Below, one piece after another: positions 15,830-25,012 of a DNA stretch of 44,482 bases. The notes under the pieces are model-generated. The model searched no databases, was not told the DNA's origin, and saw only the letters and a list, made by a program, of their open reading frames with translations. Numbering within the stretch: the first letter of the stretch is position 1; each line of letters opens with the position of its first letter. A program made the position numbers and the translations under genes. This stretch comes from an uncultured Methanosarcinales archaeon (lineage in GTDB: Archaea; Nanobdellota; Nanobdellia; Woesearchaeales; CAYSVS01), in assembly GCA_964479425.1 (NCBI GenBank), contig CAYZMD010000002.1:1-44482 (forward strand), written 5' to 3'.

Positions 15830-18697
15830 ATGGTTGACTTTCAAAAAATCCAAGATAAATGGCAAAAGAAATGGGAAAAAGATAATGTTTTCAAAGTTGA
15901 TATAAAAGATTATTCTAAAAAGAAATATTACTTAACAACCCCTTATGCATATATGTCAGGATTATTACACCTAGGTCATCTATTTAATTATAATTTTGCA
16001 GAAATCACGTCCAGATTTAAGAGAATGCAAGGGCATAATGTCTTATTTAAATGGGGATTTCATTGTACTGGAACACCAATTGTTGCCGCTGCTAAAAGAA
16101 TTGAAGAAAAAGAAGAGAAACAAATTGCAATATTAAAAAAATTAGGAATTGAAGATAAAAATATTTCCAAATTTGCTGATCCTGAATATTGGATAAAATA
16201 TTTTCCTAAAGAAACCTTAAAAGATATCAAAGCGCTTGGTTTTAGTATTGATGAAAGATATACATTCATTACAACTTCTTTGAATAAACCTTATGATTCA
16301 TTTATTAGATGGCAATTTAATAAATTAAAGGCTAAAGGATATGTAAAAAAAGGAAGACACCCAGTTGTTTGGTGTCCTAAAGACAAGACTCCTGTTGGAG
16401 ATCACGCTAGAAATGAAGGAGAAGGCGAAACTCCACAAGAATTTTGTTTATTTAAATTCAAAATGGAAGATGGACGTAACATCGTTACTGCAACTTTACG
16501 ACCAGATACAGTAATGGGGATTACAAATGTTTATACAAACCCTAAAGCGGAATATATTGAAATTGAAGTAAATAAAGAAAGATGGATTGTAGGAGAACCA
16601 ATTATTGAAAAATTAAAAAATCAAGATTTTAATTTGAAAATTATAGGAAAAGTTTCTGGAAAATCATTAGTTGGACAAAAAGTTGAAAGTTATGGAAAGA
16701 AAAAAATATTAGTCTTACCTGCTAGCTTCTTAGATGCTAATTATGGAACAGGAATGGTACATAGCGTTCCTTCAGACAGTGCGGATGATTTAATTGCTTT
16801 ACAAGATTTACAAAAAGATGAGAAAAAAATAAAAGAGTTTGGATTAGATATTAAAGAAGTTCAAGCAATTTCTCCTATTGGTATTTTTGATACTCCCGAG
16901 GTAGGGGGCAATAGTGCTCAGTTCTTTTTGGATAAATATAAAGTTAAAAATCAGAATGAAAGAGATAAGCTAAATAAAATAAAAAAAGAATTGTATAAAT
17001 TAACTTTTGCAAAAGGTAAATTTAATAAATTGTATAAAGAGCTTGGTGTTCAAGGAAAACTTGTAAGTAAAGGACAAAAGATAATTCAAAAAAAATTAGT
17101 TGAAGACAATGCAATACATTTATTCTATGAATTAACAGGAAAAGTTGTATGTAGATGTTTAACTGAGTGCAATGTTAAAATTGTTTCTAATCAATGGTTC
17201 CTTGAGTATAATGATCCTAAATGGAAAGAGATAACACATAAATGTTTAGATAAAATGACTGTTTTTCCAGAACTTGTTAGAAAACAATTTAATTATGTTT
17301 TAGACTGGTTAAATCATTGGGCATGCGCAAGAGAGTTTGGGCTTGGGACAAGATTGCCATGGGATGAAACTTGGGTAATTGAAAGTTTATCAGACTCAAC
17401 ATTACAAATGGCATATAATACAATATCTAAATATTTGGAAAATCCAAAAGAATATGATATTGATGTTAATAAATTAAATGATGACTTTTTTGACTATGTA
17501 TTTTTAGCAAAAGGGAAAGCTGCAGATATAAGTAAAAGTACTGGTGTTTCCCTTGATATGGTTGAAACAATGAAAAAGGATTTTGAATATTGGTATCCTT
17601 TTGACTTTAGAAACAGCGCTAAAGATTTAATACAAAATCATCTTGCTTTTTGTTTGTTTAATCACACAGCAATATGGCCTGAAAAATATTGGCCAAAAGC
17701 ATATTCATTGAATGGAAGAGTTATGGTTAACAACGAAAAAATGAGTAAGAGTAAAGGGAATTTCTTTACTGCTCGTGAATTATACGAAAAATACTCAAGC
17801 GATATCGTAAGAATAACTGCAGCTAATTCGGGAGAAGGAATAGATGATGCAAATTTTGACATGAGCTTTCTTGAAGTTTCAACTAAAAAATTAAACGAAC
17901 TTTATGAATTTGTTAAAGATAATTATAACAAAGGTAGAAGTGAAAGAATTCCTGTTGATGATTGGTTTGAATCTGTCATTAACAATGCAATCAAAGAATC
18001 CACTGAACATATGGAAAGAATTGAATACAAAAGTTCATTATTAAAAGGGTTTTTAGACATGCAAAGACATCTTAAATGGTATACGAGAAGAACTGATGGA
18101 GATTACAATAAAGAATTGATCAACTTATTTATTGAAACTCAAATAAAACTATTGAGTCCATTTACTCCGCACATATGCGAAGAGATGTGGTCAATGATTG
18201 GTGGGAAAGAGTATTGTAGCAATGCTTCTTGGCCTGAATTTGAAAAGAAAAAGATTAATGTTTCTTTTGAGAAAGGTGAAGAATTAATTAGTACAATAAT
18301 GTCAGATGTTCAACAAGTATTAAAATTGGCAAAAATTGACAAACCGTCAAAAATTACATTGATTGTTTCACTTAAATGGAAATATGAATTTATGATTCTA
18401 TTGAAAAAAGTTTTATCTGAAACAAGAGATTTTAAAGAGATAATCTCTAAAGTTATGCAGGGAGAATTAAAAAAGTATGGAAAGGACATTACCAAATTAA
18501 TTCCTAAATTTATAAAGAGTGGAAGTGTTCCTGACGTTATGACTCCTAAATTTGAGCATAAAATAATAGAAGCATCTAGAGATTTTTTATCCAAAGAATA
18601 TAATGGTTGCGAAATTGTTGTTGAAATGGCAGAAGAATCAAAAGAAGGAAAGGCAAAAAATGCTATGCCGGGTAAACCTGCAATACTGGTAGAATGA
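15830..18697 (+). CDS. leuS: Leucyl-tRNA synthetase, archaeal type
   Basis: A class I HIGH variant (LLHLGHLFNY) and KMSKSKGN are present. The 955-aa length, with CP1 editing insert and the archaeal C-terminal domain, fits. A TTTATATAAAAA box lies at 15788-15799. Confidence 0.92.
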   Translation: MVDFQKIQDKWQKKWEKDNVFKVDIKDYSKKKYYLTTPYAYMSGLLHLGHLFNYNFAEITSRFKRMQGHNVLFKWGFHCTGTPIVAAAKRIEEKEEKQIAILKKLGIEDKNISKFADPEYWIKYFPKETLKDIKALGFSIDERYTFITTSLNKPYDSFIRWQFNKLKAKGYVKKGRHPVVWCPKDKTPVGDHARNEGEGETPQEFCLFKFKMEDGRNIVTATLRPDTVMGITNVYTNPKAEYIEIEVNKERWIVGEPIIEKLKNQDFNLKIIGKVSGKSLVGQKVESYGKKKILVLPASFLDANYGTGMVHSVPSDSADDLIALQDLQKDEKKIKEFGLDIKEVQAISPIGIFDTPEVGGNSAQFFLDKYKVKNQNERDKLNKIKKELYKLTFAKGKFNKLYKELGVQGKLVSKGQKIIQKKLVEDNAIHLFYELTGKVVCRCLTECNVKIVSNQWFLEYNDPKWKEITHKCLDKMTVFPELVRKQFNYVLDWLNHWACAREFGLGTRLPWDETWVIESLSDSTLQMAYNTISKYLENPKEYDIDVNKLNDDFFDYVFLAKGKAADISKSTGVSLDMVETMKKDFEYWYPFDFRNSAKDLIQNHLAFCLFNHTAIWPEKYWPKAYSLNGRVMVNNEKMSKSKGNFFTARELYEKYSSDIVRITAANSGEGIDDANFDMSFLEVSTKKLNELYEFVKDNYNKGRSERIPVDDWFESVINNAIKESTEHMERIEYKSSLLKGFLDMQRHLKWYTRRTDGDYNKELINLFIETQIKLLSPFTPHICEEMWSMIGGKEYCSNASWPEFEKKKINVSFEKGEELISTIMSDVQQVLKLAKIDKPSKITLIVSLKWKYEFMILLKKVLSETRDFKEIISKVMQGELKKYGKDITKLIPKFIKSGSVPDVMTPKFEHKIIEASRDFLSKEYNGCEIVVEMAEESKEGKAKNAMPGKPAILVE

Positions 18698-19464
18698 TGA
18701 AAATAATCGTAATTTACATGGATCATCCCACAGAAGAACATAGAAAAACTTTTGAAGAAGTACATAGGGTTCTTAAGCAGAATAAAGTAGATTATAAATT
18801 CTATCATCGAGAGAAATTAAATGAAATTAATTTTGATATCTTTGAGCTAGCTATAATAATTGGCGGAGATGGAACTTTTTTAAGAGCATCACATTTCATT
18901 ACAAATACACTTATTCTCGGTATTAATAGTGATGTGAACAAGAAAGAAGGTTTCTTTATGCAAACAAATAGAAAGAAGTTTGTACGTGATTTTGAATTGA
19001 TTTTGGACGGAAAATATAAAATTAAAAAATCATTAAGATTAGAATGTAAAATTAATGATAAGAAATTGCCTGATTTCTGTTTAAACGAAGTTTATATCGG
19101 CTCAAAACAGCCATACCATATGTCAAGATATAATTTGCGCGTTAAAGGTATTAATGAAAATCAAAAGTCATCCGGACTGTTAATTTCTACTCCTTCCGGA
19201 AGTAATGCATGGGTAAAGAGTGCAGGCGGTAAAGTTATCGATAAAGGTTTTGAATATTTTATAAGAGAACCATACGACGGGAAATTAATGGTACATAAAT
19301 TAAAGCAAGGATTATTAAAAAATGATGAAAAAGTTATTGTAAAGTCAATGATGAAAAATGGAATAATTGTGATAGATTCTCTTTCTGAAGAATATGAATT
19401 TAATCAAGGCGATAAATTGGTTGTAAATGTTGGTAAGCCTTTGAATTATATACTGATCCGTTAA
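18694..19464 (+). CDS. ppnK: NAD(+) kinase
   Basis: IIIGGDGTFLRA (the GGDGT motif) and ISTPSGSNAW (equivalent to STPTGSTAY) are present. The start overlaps the leuS stop by ATGA. Confidence 0.8.
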   Translation: MMKIIVIYMDHPTEEHRKTFEEVHRVLKQNKVDYKFYHREKLNEINFDIFELAIIIGGDGTFLRASHFITNTLILGINSDVNKKEGFFMQTNRKKFVRDFELILDGKYKIKKSLRLECKINDKKLPDFCLNEVYIGSKQPYHMSRYNLRVKGINENQKSSGLLISTPSGSNAWVKSAGGKVIDKGFEYFIREPYDGKLMVHKLKQGLLKNDEKVIVKSMMKNGIIVIDSLSEEYEFNQGDKLVVNVGKPLNYILIR

Positions 19465-19600
19465 TGAAAATTATAATTTTACGGATTAGTATATCCTTAG
19501 AAGCTATAGCTTCTGGGACACCAAAAATTTATAATTTTTGAGTGTACAAACCACAAGAATTTAAAATTTTACTTGTGGTTCAGTATATAGAATTATAAGT

Positions 19601-19868
19601 GAAGGCACGCCAGTAGATGGATACAAAAACCAAACATTAGCTACCTCAAACTTTCCTCCACTCCGCAACCCTTAAAGCACCAACACCATGGATTAAGGCT
19701 GCTTCATTCCTGATCTGACCTGGTTCTCTAAAATGCCAGTCCATAAGGACAGAGCTTCAATGTACGATTCAAGACTAATGTAAAGCTCAAATACCGCTCT
19801 ACTGACTCACTCTACCATATAGCCCGTTTATAGTTACAGGTAGGGGCTAACTACCCAGCTACGCCTTC
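19601..19868 (-). ncRNA. Signal recognition particle (7S) RNA
   Basis: On the minus strand, the Alu-domain motif CCUGUAAC lies near the 5' end. The S-domain helix-8 motif ACCAGGUCAGAUCAGGAAUGAAGCAGCC is present. The termini GAAGGC.../...GCCUUC pair. The segment is a G+C-rich island. Confidence 0.88.
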
Positions 19869-19890
19869 AAGACAATAGATTCTAACATGG

Positions 19891-19908
19891 TTTTTAAAGG
19901 TTTTGGTT
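19891..19908 (-). promoter_or_regulatory. BRE/TATA promoter (minus strand ACCAAAACCTTTAAAAAC) for SRP RNA
   Basis: The proximal TATA edge is about 23 nt from the predicted SRP RNA 5' end. The motif matches those at 3514 and 11590. Confidence 0.5.
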
Positions 19909-20007
19909 AAACAAAAGCTTTGAACAAAGTGAAAAAGGTTTTCCTTTTTTAATACCTTTTTTTCACTATAGAAATCTTTATTAACGTTATTATCTATTTT
20001 TAAAACA

Positions 20008-20844
20008 ATGACAAGCAAAATCACATTTCTAGGAACTGGAGGAGATTCTTACACTTATGCGAAACAATATAGAGGAAGTGGAGGATTTATTCTTAAAATC
20101 GACAATGCACAATTTCATGTTGACCCTGGACCTGGGGCTACTGTTCGTGCTGCAGAAAATGGGATTAATCTTCGAGAGAATACTGCTGTACTTGTTTCAC
20201 ATAATCATCTTGGACATTGTAATGATGTAAATACTGTTATTGATGCAATGACTTATTCGGGTCTAGATAAAAAAGGAGTTCTTATTTGTAATACTACACT
20301 AATGAACGGTACTGAAAAGATGAAAGGGTATTTAACAGATTTTCATAAAGATTGTGTTGAAAAAATAATTGTCTTAGAGCCAGAGAAGAAAATTGGTATT
20401 CAAAATATAGATATTGTTGGAACAAAAGCTAAACATACAGAACATAGTATTGGTTTTAAATTTATAACACCCAATTTTACTTTAGGTTATACTTCTGACA
20501 CAAAAGTAACTAATGAAATTATTGATCAATATGAAGGATGCGATGTTTTAATCATGAATGTTGTTGCGCCTCCGGGTGTGAAGATTGAAGGACAGATGAA
20601 TTGTGATGACGCTGTTAGGATGATTAGTAAAGTAAAACCTAAATTAGCTATAATTACACATTTCGGACTTAAAATGTTAAAAGCAGACCCTATCTATGAA
20701 GCTCGTGAGATACAGAAGAAAACAAATGTGCAGGTGATTGCTGCTAAAGATGGAATGGTTGTTAGTCCAGGAAGTTATGCTGCAAAAGCTAAGCAAAAGA
20801 ATCTATTGAATATGGTTAGAGGAAATCAAAAACTTCACGAATAA
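20008..20844 (+). CDS. Metallo-beta-lactamase-fold hydrolase
   Basis: KITFLGTGG...FHVDPGPG...VLVSHNHLGHCND is an HxHxDH-like motif with Gly in place of Asp. TTTATTAA lies about 24 nt upstream of the ATG, suggesting a leaderless mRNA. Confidence 0.7.
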   Translation: MTSKITFLGTGGDSYTYAKQYRGSGGFILKIDNAQFHVDPGPGATVRAAENGINLRENTAVLVSHNHLGHCNDVNTVIDAMTYSGLDKKGVLICNTTLMNGTEKMKGYLTDFHKDCVEKIIVLEPEKKIGIQNIDIVGTKAKHTEHSIGFKFITPNFTLGYTSDTKVTNEIIDQYEGCDVLIMNVVAPPGVKIEGQMNCDDAVRMISKVKPKLAIITHFGLKMLKADPIYEAREIQKKTNVQVIAAKDGMVVSPGSYAAKAKQKNLLNMVRGNQKLHE

Positions 20845-20873
20845 AGTTTTCTAATATGTTTAAATAAAAAATA

Positions 20874-21473
20874 TTATGTGGTTCTTTTTATTTTAAATAA
20901 AGGTTTTTTATGTTTTAATAACCAATTTTTTCTTAATATGCCCCAATTATATTCATCAACCCATTTTTGTGTCTTTTTATTATAATATTTATCTCTAAAT
21001 ATTCCTTCTAATTTAAAATTTAATTTATACAGGACTTTTTGTGATGCAAAATTACCAGGATCTGTATCTGCTGTAGCTTTATAAAATTTAACTTTTCTAA
21101 ACAAATAGTCTACAAAACATGCTGCAGCCTCGGTAGCATAACCTTTACCTCTATGTTCTTCTAAAAAAGAATATCCTATTTCTCCAATTTTATCATTATA
21201 CCAATCAACATGATCTAAATCAACATAACCTAAAAGTATATTTTCTTTTTTTAGAAATACTGCTAAATAATAACCTTGTTCTTGTGCTAAAATATGATTT
21301 TTAATATAATCTTTTGCTTGCTCAATCGTTTTTAGTGGTTTTTTAGTTCTACGATTAAGCCATCTAGACTCAACTAATAATTTGCTATCCTTTAATACAA
21401 AAGGTCGCAAAAATAATCTTTTAGATTCTAACTTTGATGCTTTACGCACTAATTTATTATTTGTAAGTATCAT
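20874..21473 (-). CDS. GNAT-family N-acetyltransferase (RimJ/RimL-like)
   Basis: RLFLRPFVLKD...EIGYSFLEEHRGKGYATEAAACFVDYLF...ADTDPGNFASQKVLYKLNFKLEG is present. I start the gene at the internal Met (MILTNNK) because the track's longer ORF runs into the duplicated fragment. Confidence 0.8.
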   Translation of the reverse strand: MILTNNKLVRKASKLESKRLFLRPFVLKDSKLLVESRWLNRRTKKPLKTIEQAKDYIKNHILAQEQGYYLAVFLKKENILLGYVDLDHVDWYNDKIGEIGYSFLEEHRGKGYATEAAACFVDYLFRKVKFYKATADTDPGNFASQKVLYKLNFKLEGIFRDKYYNKKTQKWVDEYNWGILRKNWLLKHKKPLFKIKRTT

Positions 21474-21556
21474 CGTAATATTGATTATAAATTCTTTATT
21501 AATAAAATTTTCTATTGTTAGCTTTAATAAAATTAATCTACGTAAATTACTCAAAG

Positions 21557-21737
21557 AATTAAAAGTAAAGCATACCCAATTAAACATCCTGCACTCACAA
21601 AAGGCATTGCTGGATAATACTTATCTTTCTTTGCATAATAGAATAAAAGGAATAATGCTATTGCAGTTGTTACTGGAATAATCATTGTCTTTAGTAATCC
21701 GTATTTTATTAGAAGTGTTCCTGCAAAAATTAAAGGG
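21557..21737. repeat. Copy A of a perfect 181-bp direct repeat: an orphan copy of the last ~61 codons of the presenilin/SPP-like gene
   Basis: It is identical base for base to 24152-24332 (offset 2,595 nt) on my by-hand comparison of all 181 positions. On the minus strand it encodes PLIFAGTLLIKYGLL...YYPAMPFVSAGCLIGYALLLI. Confidence 0.92.
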
Positions 21738-21751
21738 GACCATATATCTTT

Positions 21752-24070
21752 TTATAAAATCTCTTTTAATTTATCTTTATATTTTGTATAAATAAATGAT
21801 ACTAATAATAATATTACACCCAATACAATATATGAAATAGTACGATATATTGTTTCTAAATTTCTTGTATCATATAAGAATACCTTCGCAATTATAATAG
21901 AGAATATCAACATTCCCTGCATTCTTAAATGTTTTTTTCTAAACATAAATCCACTTATCATAATTATTAATGCTAAGATGCTCCACCCTATTGAAATCCA
22001 GAATTCTTCCATTTCAATCATGATTAAAACAAATGAAAGAAATGTTCCTGCGTACGAAAAAATATTAATTAAAATAAATTCAGATTTATCTAAAATTTCT
22101 TTTTTATTATCCAAAAACCAACTTATAATATAAAATGTAAAAATTGGAATTATAAAAGCAAATAAACGTGTACTTAAAAGTAAATTATTAGCATTGAAAT
22201 CGTTTAAATACCATGAATCATAAATAAGGACTTTAAAAAATAATATTATAGATATTGCAATTGATTGATAGAAAATTTCCTTTTTATCTGCATTAGATAC
22301 CATAATATATATTAAAGCAATAATAGATAAAATTATTGATATCCATACAGCAGAATTTTTAATCAATTCTAAGAAAATAATTATGATTAAAAAACTAGAA
22401 GCTGCCCAAGAATATAATAAAGGAATAATAAATTCATCTTCAGGGAGCATTTCCTTATTCTTTTTTAGCAGTTTATAGATTAAATAAAAACAAATAATTG
22501 TTACCAAGAATGAGAACAATCTTGTATCGTTGACTTTATTAACCAAATTAAATTTATCTAGAAAAGTTATATCATAAATAAATGTTTTAAATGCTGCGAC
22601 AAATTTATCCAAATAATTTATGTCATAAGTAAGTGTTTTAAATGCTGTAATAATTCCAACAATATATGAACCAATTTTTAGAGTGTTAATCTTTAATTTT
22701 AAAAACAGAATTGTAAGAATCAATGTTTCTAAGGCCCAAACGATAGTAATCCATTTATTATTAAGTTGAATTGGTATTGTTAAAGTTATATATAATAAAG
22801 CTAAGTATAAATGTGTAATAGCAAATTTATCTTCTTTAAGAAGCTGTGATATAAAGTATGCTATAAAGTAAATTACTGAAAAAATTAATGTAAATAATCC
22901 AGTATAATCAGGATAATATTTCTCAATTTGAAAATAATATAATATAAAAAAGAATGATGAATTTATAAGAATTATTGCAATATTTTGATCAAATATTTCT
23001 TTCTTTTTCACCAAGAAAAAAGATTGTATAGTAAATGCAATAAAAAACGAAATGAGAATAAAAGAAGAGTACATGAATGAATCTGGATTATTCATGGTCC
23101 ATTGCATATACACAAGGTAAGAAATTCCTACTCCACCTAAACCAATGACTGACCATTTTTTATAAGAAACAACAATAACAAGGCCGATTGTAAGAAGTAA
23201 ACTATAGACAATAGCCATAAATCCAAAATGATTATTTAATAACGAAGTAATGTATCCTAAGAAAAAAGATTCAGCAGCTATTATCTGTGAGTTATCTCTC
23301 AGTGAAAATAATATCGCAAAGATAACAATTAAACTCAAAAGAACTATATCAAGAGTCCTACTTATACCAATTGCTGTCTGATATTCTTTGAAATGATATG
23401 CAGCAAATGTAACAAAATAAGTTATAGCAAAACCACCACCTATGAGGGTTTTTGCCCAATTGGCATATTTTTCTTTCTTTGATACGATTTCTCCAAATAC
23501 AATAAGGGCAATACCAAAACTAACACCCATAATAATTCTTGCTAAATGGCTGATCCAATTCATATCAATTGCATATTTAATAAAAAAACCAATACCAACC
23601 ACTAAAGCCAAGATACCAACTCTTGCAAACCATTTCATACCAACATCTTCTTCAAAAGATATTTTTTCCTTTTTTGCTTTTGGTTGAATAACTTTCTCTA
23701 TTTTTACTTGTTTTTTTACTTTTATAGGTTTAGCATTTCCTTTTACTTCAGCCATTGTGCCTTTTGAACTTTTGCTAGCCAAAAATAATCCTAAAATAAA
23801 AAGTGGCACTCCTATAATAGCTCCAATAATAGTTAAACATAAAAGTCCGCCAATTATTATAAAAATAATTCCTCCTAATAGCATTGAATTATCTTGTTTA
23901 TAAATTTCTTTGTTTTTACTTATGACGGGAGTAGAACCTTTTTCAATTGTAAAAATTCGCTTATTTATTCCGTCTTGATTCTTTTGAAGGTAAGTAATCC
24001 ATTCATTTGTTATTTTATTTTGTTCCTTTAATGAATCAATTTCTTTTTTTAAAGATTGAATAGTTGGCAT
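21752..24070 (-). CDS. Large polytopic membrane protein (about 20 or more TM helices) with N-terminal coiled coil; DUF2339-like
   Basis: The 772-aa protein starts with a helical region (SLKKEIDSLKEQNK), followed by a K-rich linker and a long series of hydrophobic helices. It has its own AT-rich TATA region at 24075-24110. Confidence 0.7.
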   Translation of the reverse strand: MPTIQSLKKEIDSLKEQNKITNEWITYLQKNQDGINKRIFTIEKGSTPVISKNKEIYKQDNSMLLGGIIFIIIGGLLCLTIIGAIIGVPLFILGLFLASKSSKGTMAEVKGNAKPIKVKKQVKIEKVIQPKAKKEKISFEEDVGMKWFARVGILALVVGIGFFIKYAIDMNWISHLARIIMGVSFGIALIVFGEIVSKKEKYANWAKTLIGGGFAITYFVTFAAYHFKEYQTAIGISRTLDIVLLSLIVIFAILFSLRDNSQIIAAESFFLGYITSLLNNHFGFMAIVYSLLLTIGLVIVVSYKKWSVIGLGGVGISYLVYMQWTMNNPDSFMYSSFILISFFIAFTIQSFFLVKKKEIFDQNIAIILINSSFFFILYYFQIEKYYPDYTGLFTLIFSVIYFIAYFISQLLKEDKFAITHLYLALLYITLTIPIQLNNKWITIVWALETLILTILFLKLKINTLKIGSYIVGIITAFKTLTYDINYLDKFVAAFKTFIYDITFLDKFNLVNKVNDTRLFSFLVTIICFYLIYKLLKKNKEMLPEDEFIIPLLYSWAASSFLIIIIFLELIKNSAVWISIILSIIALIYIMVSNADKKEIFYQSIAISIILFFKVLIYDSWYLNDFNANNLLLSTRLFAFIIPIFTFYIISWFLDNKKEILDKSEFILINIFSYAGTFLSFVLIMIEMEEFWISIGWSILALIIMISGFMFRKKHLRMQGMLIFSIIIAKVFLYDTRNLETIYRTISYIVLGVILLLVSFIYTKYKDKLKEIL

Positions 24071-24145
24071 TTACTTATATTTTTTATAATATATATTTAA
24101 ATTCTCTTATTTTTATCTCTCAAAATTATTGTGTACGAGAACTCA

Positions 24146-25012
24146 TCAAATAATTAAAAGTAAAGCATACCCAATTAAACATCCTGCACTCACAAAAGGC
24201 ATTGCTGGATAATACTTATCTTTCTTTGCATAATAGAATAAAAGGAATAATGCTATTGCAGTTGTTACTGGAATAATCATTGTCTTTAGTAATCCGTATT
24301 TTATTAGAAGTGTTCCTGCAAAAATTAAAGGGAATCCCATGTCGCCTCCTCCTAAAAGACCAGATTGAACTTTTATTGTCTTTGTTCTCTTAACCTTTCC
24401 TTTGGGTTTTTGTTTTGATATTGGTTTCATAAAAGACTTAAGAGAATAAGGGACATAAAGTCCTGCAAAAACTTTTGATTCTTTTTGAAATTCAGCGAGT
24501 TTTATCATATGCTTGCTTTTCCAAACAGCATACATATCATATAATGAAATTAAAATTAATAAAATTATTGCGGTACGTGTTGTTAGTATGGGTGCAAAAA
24601 CTGCTGCTAATCCTCCATAAATAAATAATTCTGTGAAATTATGAATAAATATATTCGGTCGCCATATTTTAAAATATGCAAATAATATTGCTATAAATAA
24701 TCCTGCCCTTCCCAAAAAAGGAACCCATGCATAAGTTAAAGTAAAAAAAACAGCAATAAAAAACCAAATTTTCCAAAGTCCAAATAATTTGAATTTCATT
24801 AAGAAAAAAAATATTAATGTTCCTACTAAAATTGCAATGAACATATACCATGGTGCTTGCTGCTCTGGTAATACAGGTCTTCCAGGATCTTCAACCCATC
24901 CCCTTACACCAGTATCTGTAGTAATATATTGTTCAACTATCAATAATCCTATTAATTGAGATAATAAAAAAAGTAATACTAAGAAGAATGTAATTCTATG
25001 ACTGTGTTTCAT
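24146..25012 (-). CDS. Presenilin / signal-peptide-peptidase family intramembrane aspartyl protease (A22)
   Basis: A multi-TM protein with LYD (SLYDMYAVW), GxGD (LLGGGDMGFP) and a PAL-like PAMP motif, in the correct order and spacing. Confidence 0.75.
   Translation of the reverse strand: MKHSHRITFFLVLLFLLSQLIGLLIVEQYITTDTGVRGWVEDPGRPVLPEQQAPWYMFIAILVGTLIFFFLMKFKLFGLWKIWFFIAVFFTLTYAWVPFLGRAGLFIAILFAYFKIWRPNIFIHNFTELFIYGGLAAVFAPILTTRTAIILLILISLYDMYAVWKSKHMIKLAEFQKESKVFAGLYVPYSLKSFMKPISKQKPKGKVKRTKTIKVQSGLLGGGDMGFPLIFAGTLLIKYGLLKTMIIPVTTAIALFLLFYYAKKDKYYPAMPFVSAGCLIGYALLLII
24152..24332. repeat. Copy B of the 181-bp direct repeat (functional 3' end of the presenilin/SPP-like gene)
   Basis: See copy A. 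The repeat boundary falls within the Gly-Phe-Pro codons immediately 3' of the GGGD active-site motif. Confidence 0.92.

Noticed and set aside
19465-19600. A tRNA or C/D-box sRNA in the ppnK-SRP spacer. I considered the same for 11630-11700.
   Set aside because: No cloverleaf can be drawn. There are no credible C (RUGAUGA) and D (CUGA) box pairs with correct spacing. Only simple hairpins are present.
20170-20230. The MBL-fold protein has HNHLGH instead of the canonical HxHxDH, which might indicate an inactive enzyme.
   Set aside because: A one-residue by-eye alignment shift, or use of the nearby HCND Asp, could restore the metal ligand. The evidence is too weak to claim without an alignment.
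21382-21681. A plus-strand 99-aa ORF, and the N-terminal extension of the GNAT ORF up to 21587.
   Set aside because: Both run into or across the orphan 181-bp repeat copy. The GNAT domain begins after the internal Met at 21473, and the extension has no GNAT-family counterpart.
21738-21754. Programmed stop-codon readthrough fusing the 772-aa protein to the presenilin C-terminal fragment.
   Set aside because: I do not claim it as a feature. The shared frame has a 1-in-3 chance of being coincidence, and no readthrough-promoting context is evident. It is kept only as a note within the repeat finding.
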